Shown in pieces: positions 1 to 11,518 of a stretch of 64,000 nucleotides of DNA. The position numbers were made by a program, and so were the translations under genes. How positions within the stretch are numbered: the stretch's first letter is position 1; every line of letters begins with the position of its first letter. The stretch covers positions 124,001 to 188,000 of the forward strand of contig JBMNHG010000002.1 in NCBI GenBank assembly GCA_050950285.1, given 5' to 3'. The notes below the pieces were generated by a model. The model saw only the letters and a program-made list of their open reading frames with translations. It did no database searches and was not told the DNA's origin. The stretch comes from Kiritimatiellia bacterium. GTDB taxonomy: Bacteria > Verrucomicrobiota > Kiritimatiellia > RFP12 > JBMNHG01.

Positions 1-1
1 C

Positions 2-1351
2 CCCGTTGTCGCTAGCCCGAGATTCAGGGAGATAATAGCCAGGATCAAGAACATAAGACCGCAATATTTCGTGCCCTGAAGAATACACCTTGACAACATA
101 GTCGAAGGCCCTCGAAGCTCCGACACCACCGGCATGCGGGAATGAAAGCCGCACACAGGGTTTCCCCTTCAAACCCGGGCCGACACACACGGAATCTTCC
201 CTACAGATCACCGCCGACAGCTTCGCACCCTGCGGAAATTTCGGTGCCTCACTGTGATAATGCCGACGAGCAAAGCTGTACTCACCATTCGAACTGACGG
301 GAACAAGAATCGTCCAATCATCACCCAGCGGCTCATCAAAGGCCAACGAATGCCTCTTGACAACGAGATGATCGTGATAGACCTCGACGAACAGGCACCC
401 GCGTCCATCATTCCCTACTTGCGGCGGACATTTCATACGCTGCTGTGCATATTCAACCGCATACGGCGCACCACCGTTGTCATACCGGACGTTCACATAG
501 CAGGGCCCCGCCTCGGCCAACGAACCGCATCCGATCGACGTATAACGCCCTTGCCACACAGAACGTTCATCGCAAAGTGAATTATGTGAATGTCCGGACA
601 AAGCGACTGCATTGGGGAATGATGATAAAGCGATGTTTGAGAACTCCTCTTCGATTGCACCACCGGCCTCACAATAGCATGAATGAGCCGGATGCGCATG
701 CTGGACATAGAAAAAAGGAAGATCTTCAGGAATATCTCGCGCGAGTCTGTGAATTTCAGATTCTATTAACAGCCGTTGCGAGTCATCTACGGGGAACTGT
801 CGTCCAATAAAAGCAATACCTTTGATGGTCCGGCGCCACATCGGCTGGTACTCTTCATGAAAGATTCGCCTCCAAGTGGCTTTCATGTGCGCCTCATCGT
901 AATCGAAGCGAATCTGTTTCAATTCATCCACCCCGTAGCCGTTCCAGAGCCCAGGCCATTGCCCAACCTCATGATTCCCCGTCACCAACAGTCGCTCGAC
1001 ATGGCGACCATCAGCCGCACGGCGGTCTGGGAAGACACGCTCCCACACCTCCGCCAGAAGCTCAAGTTCGGCGATGCGTCCTGTGTGAGTCATGTCGCCA
1101 GGGAAAACGACCGCGTCGGCTTTCAGCGAATCGAACCACCGCAGGGCCTTCTCAAGATATTCCGGCTGCCGATCCAGATCACGGCAGTTTCCATCTCGCC
1201 ATCCACACAAAAGATGAATATCGCTTGCGACGCCAAACATGAGGAGTGGTTTCTCTCGATCAGGTTCAATCAGCGTCTTACGCCCATTCAGCATAGGCAT
1301 GCATACGCACCCTACAGTCCCACGCAGGAAGTTCAATCGGGATGTTCTCAC
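2..1351 (-). CDS. Calcineurin-like metallophosphoesterase, 3' end runs off the window (missing from the ORF track)
   Basis: Manual translation from GTG at 1351 gives VRTSRLNFLRG...FGVASDIH...VVFPGDMTH...VTGNHE...VQHAHP...LSGHSH, i.e. the DxH, GD, GNHE and GHxH metal motifs. Probable frameshift near base 75. Confidence 0.85.
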   Translation of the reverse strand, partial: MRTSRLNFLRGTVGCVCMPMLNGRKTLIEPDREKPLLMFGVASDIHLLCGWRDGNCRDLDRQPEYLEKALRWFDSLKADAVVFPGDMTHTGRIAELELLAEVWERVFPDRRAADGRHVERLLVTGNHEVGQWPGLWNGYGVDELKQIRFDYDEAHMKATWRRIFHEEYQPMWRRTIKGIAFIGRQFPVDDSQRLLIESEIHRLARDIPEDLPFFYVQHAHPAHSCYCEAGGAIEEEFSNIALSSFPNAVALSGHSHNSLCDERSVWQGRYTSIGCGSLAEAGPCYVNVRYDNGGAPYAVEYAQQRMKCPPQVGNDGRGCLFVEVYHDHLVVKRHSLAFDEPLGDDWTILVPVSSNGEYSFARRHYHSEAPKFPQGAKLSAVICREDSVCVGPGLKGKPCVRLSFPHAGGVGASRAFDYVVKVYSSGHEILRSYVLDPGYYLPESRASDNG

Positions 1352-1352
1352 A

Positions 1353-4300
1353 TCACTCCTGTCTGCGAGGTAGTCCATACCAGGCACACTCAGCCATGAA
1401 GAATTCACTGATGTTCAAAGTGCGGTAGTCGTAATGGCGAATGACACGAGACACTATCTCGCGATACTTCTCGTCACCGGAGAGGCCCAGTATCATTGCA
1501 TGCGAAAGAGGCTTTGTCATCTGGCTTCTTTCGTAGCCCTTACGAAATCCGAGTATATTCGGATCACCCGAGGAAGCGACACGCTCCGCGATTTTCTGTG
1601 TGGTCTGCCTCTCCCATTTATAGCCCGTTCGCCAATTGCCATACTTGAACGGCATTTCGACAACCGTGTTGTCATAACCAAGGCGTGACGGAATATTCAA
1701 AGCGGCGTGCTCGGCATTGCGCAAAAGGCCACGACGATAACGCGCCTTCAGAAACGGATCGCTCTCCATGCGAACAAGTTCAGCCAGGCACCCCTGGGCA
1801 CAGACGTAAATCCACAGACCGGCATCCTCAACCGGGAATGACGGCATATCAAGGACATAGCCTTCCTCGCAAACCCTCCATCGCGGCAAAATCGTTCCCG
1901 GAGTCTTTTCGTCCTTCGCATGAATATATTTCGCCAACCATCCTGAATACGGATCAATCTCATCCAGCATGCGAAGCAAATAGAGGTAATGAGACGCATT
2001 GCGGAACGGCAATTTGGTCGCCGCAATGTCTCCACGATTCTGCCCCTTGAAGGCGCCGTCTCCCGGACAGCGCCATTCATTCTTCTCGAGCGCATGTGCG
2101 ACTTCAAGCATTTTCGACACGATGCGCGCCTTTTCATCCGACTCAGCCAGTCCGCTTCGTACATACGCATGCAGACCATAAAACCACGGAATCGTCTGGT
2201 CTTCCGAACCCAATGGATAATGGCACTTTCCATCTGTACCGAAACCACGCACAATCATTCCGGGAACATCTGAAACTGACGCCGCTCGCATCAATCCACT
2301 CGCCATGCGGCGGCACAGCATACGGTCTTCATCCTTCCCTGACCGCATAGCCTTTTCGCACATCGCATGAAGATAAGGTCCTGTGAACATCGGACCGTTT
2401 TCAATCGGACTCCACCACCCCATCGCATTCGGACGCGACTCCGCGCAGTCCTTCGGAGTCGGGATCTCTCCCCGATAATCAAGAAGCAGTCCGTGCTCAT
2501 CCAGAAGCCGCTCGACAAGATTTGTGTGCGCGTCTTCCAGCGCCGCATCAACGGTCGAATGGAAACCGGCGACAGACGCGCCACCGCCAAACACAACAAC
2601 CGGAAAATTCTCTGTCTTCCACGGACTTCCTGCAATCAGCGAAAGATAACCCTCACGCCGTGCCCCATCGTTGTCATTCACGATGAGGTTGAACCTCAAC
2701 TGGCCATCAAGAAGACTTTCTCGCGTTGTCCCCAATGCCTCAAATGGCAAAAAAACATCATACCACAAATGTGGAATCGGCACCTTTTTATCGACGCTCA
2801 TCCGACAGGAAGCACTCTTCAACAGTTCGGAACCGTCAAGTCCACCCGGTGCACGCCAGACACAAAAATCTGTCGTTTTCTTATCTGATCGCGCACGAAC
2901 ACCGATTTCCCAGCTTCCTGCCTGTCCTGGAAGCTGTAAAAGGATCTGAATCGAATCGCCATGATACATGTCACGCCCTTCTCCAGCAGCGACATGCACA
3001 TCATCATTGACCGCCATCCGCAGGTGTAATGCCTGCCGCTCCGGATAACAGACATACGCATTGACCGATAGGTCTCGCCCACCGCCCCAGTACATCGACT
3101 GGCCGTCGGGAAGTCCCTCCACAAATGATGTATACAGATCCCTTGTCGAGGCTTTGAAATGCGCCGGTGACTTCTCTGTAGCGACCTTGACGGGCAACAG
3201 AACGGAAGTCATTCTCGCGGAAACATCGCCTTCAAGATTGACGCCGAATGTTGTGCTTCCGTCCGCATCGGGTCGGAAATTCTCGTCGACCGAGATTTCC
3301 GATTCAATCCTCGCGGAACCATGAGCCGGAACCCGCAATGAGCCGCAGTTGCCAAGCGCACGCGTGCCTTGCGGCAATTCGAAATTCCATTTCACATACC
3401 AGTCCTTCTCGGATGGATTATTCACCAACCAACCGAAAATATCGAAGTCCCCGCCGTTAAGTACGATCTTCCTTTCCGGCTCGATCAAAGTACACGCGTA
3501 ACCAATCGACGCCGTCGACGGCGAGAGTCGAAGAATCGAACCCTCGGTATCGACGGTGACGCACAGAACGCCATCACGAATCGGGCATTCCGTCACATTG
3601 CCGAACAGATCGACGACATCCGCGCGTTCCGCATTTGTTCGAAATAGAATCGGACGTTCCGATGCGTCCTTGCTCATTGACCACATTGGGAACAGTGCTG
3701 ACTGTTCGGTCTCAAAACGCCACGCAAACACATCTGGACGCGCCTTCACTTCGTTCTTGAAATGCGCATCTCGCAGAGTTCCATTGATCGCGTTCTGGGC
3801 CAGAAGCGTTCCGCGCGGACAAAGGTCGGCCGTAAGCTGTCCATAGGCGAGTTCACCGTTATGCGGCGGCCGTTCTGGATATCCTTTGTTTCGCAGGTTG
3901 TACCAGACATAACCGATTGATCCGCGGCTCCAGGAATAGACCAGCTTCTGGAAGAGCGTTTTCGCCGGATAGAGATCGTCTGTCGGCGATGAAGTCGCAC
4001 ACTCGTTCGCAAACCATTTTTTGCTTCTGTCGACACCGCCCATGATCTTGCAGATTCGATTCACGACCTCAATAGACGACTCGAAGGTCCCATGATAGTG
4101 AAAGGCCGCCACGTCGAAACAATCCGGATTCTCGTCCTTGTAATACGATTCCGTCCAGGACGCCAGTCCGCCCCAGCACGCGGAAAGCAACAGCGCGTCA
4201 GGGTTCCCTTTCTTCAAGCCACGGTAGGCCGCGCGCTCATAATCGGCAAAACGCTCAGGTGGACATCCGGTCAGGTTCACCTCATTGTAGTCCTCGAACA

Positions 4301-5530
4301 TCCTGATCTTGCCTCGAAGTCCGCTCACCCGCCTTTCACAGAACTTCTCATATCGATCCAGATAGGGATAAGGAAACTTGGGTCTGCCATCATCAAGATT
4401 CTGCACAATCGAGGGATCCTGGTCACGACGGCAGGGACTGTGAAGACTGATGATGCGCTCGAGATTGCGCTGCAGACACATGTCCGTGATCGCATCCGTT
4501 CGTTTGACACGCCAGACTCCGGGTTCCGGTTCGATATTGCCCCAATACCCCCCGCCGGCCCGTATGCAATTGTATCCCGCCGCCTGCATGTAATCCAACA
4601 TAACCGCAACCTCTTCAAGCGGATAGTCTTCAAGATGGACGGTGTTGGAGAACAGGAACTCATCGGTAAACATCCTGCCCGTGTACCGGCCGGTCGGAAT
4701 CCAGGCACCGTACGAACGCTGGCGTGAATGCTGGAAGCCACCAGGACCTTTTTTCTCAAGCGTGTATTCAACATAAAGCACTTCCGCACGCTTCGGCTTC
4801 GGGAGTTCCACTCGGACGGTTTCGCCCTTGGTCAGTCGTGTCGAGAATACTTTCTGACCAACCGTTCCGCCCTGTTGGCGCCACACTCGCCATGAAAGCG
4901 ACATCTCGCAATCCTCACCGTCGTTTCGAACCACAAAATGTGGATCATTCTTCTTCGCATCGCGCAGATCGCCGACCAGTAGTGCGCCATTACCGACCGT
5001 CAGATCGACCGAAAGACCTTTCTGCACGAGACGCCAGTTCCCGATTAGAGCCTCACTCCCGTAAGCGGCATCAGAACGCGAGAGCGAAAAGCCCTCGATA
5101 CGCGACGGGAACGCCGCAGTTCCCATGGCCGCAATTGACTGCACATCGACAGGGACAACAATTGTCGTCCTTCCGCCGCCAAGAGGAATTGGTCTCGAAG
5201 TGAACCGAGCTGTCTTTCCTCGATCTAACTGCTGCAGGTTCCCGGGAAAGTCTTGACAGTCAGTGCAAAACCAGTCACACAACTCGTCTCGGGCAGGTAA
5301 GCATCAATCTCAATCTCCGCGCGTTCGAACTCGGGAAGCATCGGACGGAAAAACTCCTTGCCGCTGACACTTTCGCGAACCAGCGTCCCCTTCGGCAAGT
5401 CGATTCGTTGCCAGTTCACTCCATCACGCTGGACGACATCGTCTGGTGCGTTAATTGCAGAATCATACAACGGTCCGCACCAACCGACGGTCGCAACCAA
5501 ACTTGCAATCGCCCCGGGAATCACACGCAT
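1353..5530 (-). CDS. Large secreted multidomain glycoside hydrolase (clan GH-A, GH39/GH5-like barrel + CBM9/DOMON-like domain + ~400-aa C-terminal helical domain); one frameshift near 5252
   Basis: ORF 5225-5530 supplies the signal peptide and joins ORF 1353-5282 if one base is added (VK-D-FPGNLQQ). Motifs: YWGNIEPEPG, YNEVN (acid/base), AFHYH, ANECA (nucleophile), VNDDVH...GDSIQ...FNLIVNDNDG. Confidence 0.7.
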
Positions 5531-5559
5531 TTTGATTTCCCCTTTAGTGAATCTTTCAA

Positions 5560-6859
5560 TCAGTCAGGATATTGGAACTGCATGACAAGACGAACGCCAA
5601 GACCTTCCGCGTCCGCCCGCGTCGCACTCCAACTCAGGCGGGAGCCAGACGTGACCTGCACCGCAGTACACCCAAAGTTTCCGCCACGGCGAATACGATC
5701 AGAAGTGGGATTACCGTTCGGCCCTGTCGGATTCGTTCCATTCGGATAATTGCTGGACCACACGTCACGGCACATTTCAAAGACATTTCCGTGCATATCG
5801 TAGATACCCCAGTTGTTGGGTTTAAGCAGACCGACCTTCTGGACACGTTCCTGCTGCCACTGGCTATAATACTGCATCCAGGCAAGCTCGGTGATGATCT
5901 CGGACGCATACGTCACAGACTCTCGCTTGATTCCGCTATTGAAATACGTCTCTGTGCCGGCTCGGCAACCGTATTCCCACTGCCCTTCAGTAGGAATATC
6001 AAATGTCTGCTCGCCGGTCAGATCTCTCAACTGCAGGCAAAGCGACTTGTTCCATGTACCCGGGCTGCTCGTATTCTCGTAACCGACCACATCTCCCGAT
6101 ACCGGCCAGTTGATGTCCACCCCCGAACCATCTGATCCGGTTTTAATGCCGCGGCACTGTTGATAAGAGATGTAGTCCTTGGGGCGGTCGGAATCAGATG
6201 CCGAGGCTCCGACAATTCGCGAATACTGTCCTTCTGTCAGTTCGAAAACCGACATATAGAACGGTTCCCCATAGGTCACGAGTCCGTCGTTCGGCGGGAC
6301 TTCGGGTGATGAAATCTCACCGTTGAATCCAACATGGACACTGCCAGCGGAACAGCGACGCATCACAAGCTTCGTTGTCTTGTAGGTCAGGCCGTTCGTC
6401 ACGCCGAACCAGACTTTGTCAAACCTGCCATAGCTTTCCAGCCGCGGATCATTCGAGTAAACATACTCGACCTGGCCGTCCTGTCCCGGTGTCTTCGTCA
6501 GATCATAGACAACATAAAGCGGCAGAGCGCGTGTCGCCGTAACACGGGCACGGACAGTCATTGTCTCTGCCGCAGCATACGGTGTCTTCGTGGGATCAAT
6601 CGTAATACGTCCGCTTCCAGACACGTCGAACAGATTGCCCGTGACAGCATCCTGCGGAATCGTCAGCGGATTACCATTGCCGATAAGTTCAAAGTGAACA
6701 TCGCCCCCAATGCCATCAGGCGACTGAACATCATACGTGATATCAATCATCCGACTCCATGGCCAACGTTGGCGAAGAAGAACGTTGGTGACAGTGACCT
6801 CAGCATAAAACGATGAGGACACCGCCATAGACAGCAAACCAAGAGCGAGCAATTTTCAT
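5560..6859 (-). CDS. Secreted formylglycine-generating-enzyme (FGE/SUMF1, CLec fold) domain protein
   Basis: Motifs FELTEGQY, PTEGQWEYGCRAG, PNNWGIYDMHGNVFEMC, RGG...GVRL; N-terminal QRWPWS..IDITY. RBS AAGGAG lies before ATG 6859, which is one extra A out of frame with ORF 5560-6852. Confidence 0.85.
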
Positions 6860-7003
6860 GAGAGCTCCTTTTAATGAATTAACGGAAATACAGCACCAAA
6901 CCAGATCCAAGCAGTGAACCAGACCAATTCCAGGCCGCCGACACAAGCGGATATTCAAGATTCAGCTGGTACTCACCATACCCGCCCATCTGACGAGTAT
7001 CTA

Positions 7004-8210
7004 GTGCCCTGTCCCGAAAATAGGCTTGCAAAAGTCTGGCCGGCATGCTATGATGTGCGGCATGAAAAAGAACCGGAAACCGGGGCGCCCCATATCGCTC
7101 CTTTCGCTGTCCGACGAGGATCGTGCCGAGCTGGAACGGCGGATCAAGGCGCCGACGGCGAGCAAGCGGGACAGCCTCCGCGCCTCCATCGTCCTGAAGC
7201 GGGCGGCGATGGGCCAGGCCGAGGCGGCGGAATCGCTGGGCTGCAGCGAGGCGTGCGTCTCCCGCTGGACGGCGCGGTTCCGCAGGGAGGGACTTGCCGG
7301 CCTGAAGGATGCGCCGGGTCGCGGGCGGAAGCCGTACCTCGATCCGTCGCGCGTCGAGACCGTGATCACCCGCGTGAACCGGCCGCCGAAGGGCCATGCC
7401 CGCTGGTCGGTACGCACGATGGCGCGGGAATCCGGCGTGTCGCGCAGCAGCGTGAGCCGCATCTGGCGCGCGAACGACCTCAAGCCGCACCTGAAGAAGG
7501 GGTTCAAGCTGTCCGACGACCCGGATTTCGAGCGGAAGTTCTGGGACGTGGTCGGGCTGTATCTGGATCCGCCGGAGCGCGCTCTCGTCCTGTGCTGCGA
7601 CGAGAAGAGCCAGTGCCAGGCGCTGGAACGCACGCAGCGGGCGCTTCCGCTGGTGTCCGGCCATGCGAAGACCTTCACGCACGACTACATCCGGCACGGC
7701 ACGCTCACGCTTTTCGCCGCCCTGAACTATCTGGACGGCAAGGTGGTCGGGCGTCTCGGGGAGAACCACACCCACAAGGAGTGGCTGCTCTTCCTGAAGC
7801 AGATCGACCGCGAGTGCCCCGCGGGCGTGACGCTGCACCTGATCCTCGACAACTACGCCACGCACAAGAAGGAGGAAGTCACATCCTGGATGGAGAGGCG
7901 GAACGCCGCGTACGAGAAGCGGCACGGCGTGAAACGCTTCGTCACGCACTTCACGCCGACGTCAAGCAGCTGGCTCAACCTGGTCGAGCGCTTCTTCGGC
8001 GACATCACGCAGCAGGCGCTGCTCAACGACAGCTTCGGCAGCGTCAGGGAGCTCGCGCAACGCATACTGGATTACATCGCCGCGCACAATCTGGAGCCGA
8101 AACGGTATGTCTGGAGGGCGGATGGCAGGGCGATCCTGGAAAAGATACGGCGCGCCAGACAGAAACTCGCGGAGACGCAATTAGACAACCCCATTTGCGG
8201 GACAGGGCAC
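7004..8210 (+). mobile_element. IS630-family insertion sequence
   Basis: Terminal IRs GTGCCCTGTCCCGAAAATAGG / CCATTTGCGGGACAGGGCAC; TA duplicated (7002-7003, 8211-8212) within a CTAG target; GC-richer than its flanks. Confidence 0.95.
7026..7054 (+). promoter_or_regulatory. sigma70-like promoter of the IS630 transposase (likely leaderless mRNA)
   Basis: TTGCAA-17 bp-TATGAT with an extended TG; ATG lies 7 nt downstream and there is no RBS. Confidence 0.55.
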
Positions 8211-8213
8211 TAG
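7062..8213 (+). CDS. IS630-family transposase
   Basis: N-terminal HTH, then CCDEKSQCQAL, THDYIRHGT, ILDNYATHK, FTPTSSSWLNLVERFF (DDE). The TAG stop uses the target CTAG. Confidence 0.95.
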   Translation: MKKNRKPGRPISLLSLSDEDRAELERRIKAPTASKRDSLRASIVLKRAAMGQAEAAESLGCSEACVSRWTARFRREGLAGLKDAPGRGRKPYLDPSRVETVITRVNRPPKGHARWSVRTMARESGVSRSSVSRIWRANDLKPHLKKGFKLSDDPDFERKFWDVVGLYLDPPERALVLCCDEKSQCQALERTQRALPLVSGHAKTFTHDYIRHGTLTLFAALNYLDGKVVGRLGENHTHKEWLLFLKQIDRECPAGVTLHLILDNYATHKKEEVTSWMERRNAAYEKRHGVKRFVTHFTPTSSSWLNLVERFFGDITQQALLNDSFGSVRELAQRILDYIAAHNLEPKRYVWRADGRAILEKIRRARQKLAETQLDNPICGTGH

Positions 8214-8786
8214 AAGCTGCCAGCTCGATGATGCCAGATCAAAATTCCGCTGCACCGCTTTATGCACAAATGTGAGAGTTCCAGTAGCATCCACATCCGA
8301 AGATTTACTCCACTGCGAATCGCAAGGAACAGGGATCCTCTTGCGCATAACCGACGTCCACCCCCGAGACTGCCCCGACGTCCCCGCCGCAAAGTCAATC
8401 GTCGTAGGCGTGAATATCCCATTGACGACTGCGACCTCGCACGCATTCGATGACAGGACCGACTGACCGTCATAGTGCACCAACGAAAGAGTGTACACGT
8501 CCTCTTCAATCGTTTCTGCAGCAGGATCGGCGATTACCCAGACATAGCCATCCACTCCAGACGGAAGTTCGACGCTCTGTGTCTCATGACCGGCGATTGT
8601 CAGAACCGTCCGATCTGTTCCAGATGGATTCACCCAACGGAGTTCGGGTGCACGTTCCTTTGCCGTCATCCAGCGAAGGTTTCGTGCCCCTGACATGTAA
8701 ACAACAGTGGCAGGCGATTCCGCGCCCATCGCGAAAAGGCTTACGAGTGAAACACCAATAACGCCTATAATATGCCGACACGATCT

Positions 8787-8873
<87 letters not shown>

Positions 8874-9001
8874 CCTTAGAGTTGCATTCGTCATAGCGTG
8901 GCTTCCCTTCTCTGCTTTTGCAAGTCGTCGCTGATCACTATAGCGATTCACCACCATCCCATAAGGCAGACCGACAACCCACCGGCCCCATGGGTGTACG
9001 C

Positions 9002-9030
9002 ATTATGCGAGGGGGGGAGGTAAAAGTCAA
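9002..9030 (-). promoter_or_regulatory. sigma70-like promoter for the island operon
   Basis: TTGACT-17 bp-CATAAT on the minus strand, ~110 nt upstream of ATG 8894. Confidence 0.65.
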
Positions 9031-9050
9031 CCCTAAAGCAAAGCAATCGG

Positions 9051-9725
9051 TTGGTGACGGCGGGAGCAAAGGGGCAATGGCACGACAGTGCCGGTCTTCG
9101 ACATGAAGCTGCGCCGCAAATCGTTCAAGTGTCCGCACTGCGGCTCGGCGGATGTGCGTGCCTACCCCCAGAGGCAGCGCGTCATCCGTGCCCTTCCCAA
9201 CGGCTGGGCCGCCTGCCTGCTGCACGTGACGGTGCACAAGCTCTACTGTCCGAAATGTGGCGAGCACGCCTACGAGAGGCTCGGGGTTCTCACGAGTCCG
9301 AAGGCACGCATTACCCGGCAGCTTGAGCGCACCCTGCTTGAGCTGCGCAAGCCCATGTCGATCAAGGCGCTTTCGGAGCACTACGGCGTGCCCTGGCAGG
9401 CGATCAAGGACGCGGAGAAGGCCGCGCTTGGACGGAAATGCGCACGGGTTAAACTCAAGAACGTGCATGCGCTGGGCATCGACGAGATATACGTCTTCCG
9501 CTCGGCGAAGTCGCATGAGAAATACGTCACCGTCGTCCGGGATATGGAGACCGGCGCCGTGCTGGCGGTTGTGCGGGGCAAGGGCGTTGATGCGCTCAAG
9601 GCCTTCTCCAGGCGTATAAGGAGATATGCCGCGCAGATCTGGTTCGTCTGCATGACATGTCCAACTCCCATGCTGGGCGCACGAGGGACGACTTCCATGT
9701 CGTCCGGCTCGGTTTTGCAAGAGCC
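9051..9725 (+). mobile_element. Degenerate, internally deleted ISL3-family element (transposase pseudogene)
   Basis: Zn-finger CPHCGS...CPKCG, HTH, LGIDE, YVTVVRD, frameshifted DMS, DFHVV, then an ISL3-like end TTTTGCAAGAGCC; no left IR found. Confidence 0.8.
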
Positions 9726-10052
9726 TCGGAAAATGGAAACAAGGGTTGCCGCCGCCGTTGCCCCGTGGCTACGCTCCCCACCATGGATGCAGGCCGCACA
9801 TCCTTGGGGCCGCAGACCGGCGGCGCACCGGCAATTTGCCGGTCCGTCCGGCCTGGCCTGCACCGCCACGGTGGCGGACTACACCCGCGCATGGCAGGTC
9901 AAAGACAATTCGATCGAACAGGCTTCGGATCATCGATCGTTTTTCTGCTTCCTAACGGAGCATCCATCTGCTATGTTCGCAGTTGCTTCCTTCAAACCAA
10001 ACTCAAACTCTACTCAAACCCACACCTGCCGGATTGGTCCCAGGAGACTCCC

Positions 10053-11034
10053 ATGCGCAAAATCCTTCTAACCTCCCTTCTCGCCTGCTCCGCCTTCGTT
10101 GTCGCGCAGGCTCTCGACCTCCCCTTCAACTGCATCCCCGCCGATGCCGCCGCCGTGGTCGACTGCGATGTCGGCGCCTACCTTGCCAGCGAGGCCGGCC
10201 AAGCGCTGAACGACGCCTTCAAGACCATCTTCCGCGACCGGATTCCCCTGGAACAGCTGGAACAACTGGGGAGCTTGGGAGACGGCTCCTGCGAACGCGT
10301 GATTACATCCTTCGGCTTCGCCGGACCCGAGTCCTTCGGGACGGTCGCCCTCGGCAAGTTCGATGCCGCCAAGTTCGACGAGATGGTCGCGAAGATGTCC
10401 GAAATGCCCAATCCAAACCCTGTGACGGAAAGCACCCTGGGGGACCGAATCGTCAAGACATGGACGAGCCCTTCGCCGGACGGCAAGGGAAAACGCCATC
10501 TCCACCTGCCTCGCCAAGCCGGGCGTCATCGTGTTCTCCAACACCGGCGACCTGATGAAGGCCCTTCTCGACGTCATCGACGGGAATGCCCCCTCGCTCG
10601 CCCGCAGCTCGACGATCGCCCGTCTCGCCGGGCCCGTCTCGCCGGTTTCGTGGTTCCGCGTCTTCATCGACCCCAAGGCGCCGGTTGTCCTGGAATCCCC
10701 CATGGGCGCGAACCCGCAACTCCAGTCGCTCCAGGCCTTCCGCCTCGCCATCTCCGGCGAACTGCGCAACATCACCCTCCTCCTCGACGGCCGATTCGAC
10801 TCGGAAGAATCCGCCAAGACGGCGCAGGGCCAGCTCCTCGCCCTCCAGGCCACGGGCCTCATGCAGACCGAGGCCGACCCCTCCGTCGCCGCCCTGCTCG
10901 GCAACCTCTCCATCCGCTCCGAAGGTTCCTGGGCGATGGCCAACACCCATCTGCCCGTGGACACCCTCGTGAAGTCGCTCGAAACCGCAGCCGCCGCGGC
11001 GGCGGCGAACGCCGGCGAAGAGGCCGAAAACTAG
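10053..11034 (+). CDS. Secreted hypothetical protein; frameshift near 10490
   Basis: RBS CAGGAG, signal peptide MRKILLTSLLACSAFVVAQA; host-like codon usage continues in ORF 10531-11034. Confidence 0.65.
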
Positions 11035-11041
11035 GCATCGC

Positions 11042-11518
11042 ATGGTTGTCGGCTCCCTCTCCCGCGCCGCCCTCCATGCGACGGCGCTCCCCGGTCTGGA
11101 GGCCGCCTTCGCCTTCCTGTCCGGAACGGACTTCTCCGCCCTCGCCGACGGCGCCTATCCCGTCGGCGACGGGCGGATTCGCGCCATCGTCCAGAGCTAC
11201 GCCACCAAGCCGATCGCCGAGGCTCGGCTCGAAGCGCACCGGCGCTTCCTCGACATCCAGTTTCTCCTCTCCGGCGAAGAACGGATCGGCTACGCCCCGA
11301 TCGAACACGCCGGAACACCGCTCGCCCCTTTCGACGACGCAAAGGACATCGTCTTCTTCGACGGCGCCTTCGAGCCTTTCACCCTGCGCACGGGCGACTT
11401 CGCCCTCTTCTTCCCCCACGACGCCCACGCCCCCGGCATCCGTTGCGGCACCGCCCCGGCACCGGTCCGCAAGGTCGTCGTCAAAGTCCCCGTCGCCACT
11501 CCGGAGCCCACCCCATGA
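11042..11518 (+). CDS. YhcH/YjgK/YiaL (NanQ-like) family protein
   Basis: EAHRRFLDIQ..LSGEE.IG and GDFALFFPHDAHAP. Confidence 0.9.
   Translation: MVVGSLSRAALHATALPGLEAAFAFLSGTDFSALADGAYPVGDGRIRAIVQSYATKPIAEARLEAHRRFLDIQFLLSGEERIGYAPIEHAGTPLAPFDDAKDIVFFDGAFEPFTLRTGDFALFFPHDAHAPGIRCGTAPAPVRKVVVKVPVATPEPTP

Noticed and set aside
5560..5760. FGE/CLec C-terminus as a diversity-generating retroelement variable region
   Set aside because: No template repeat, adenine-specific mismatched copy or reverse transcriptase was seen in the window; a remote TR cannot be excluded.
8916..9721. Shared TTTTGCAAG at 8916 and 9713 as ISL3 ends
   Set aside because: Direct rather than inverted orientation, only 9 bp, and the right copy lies inside the putative IR, so it is not a target duplication.
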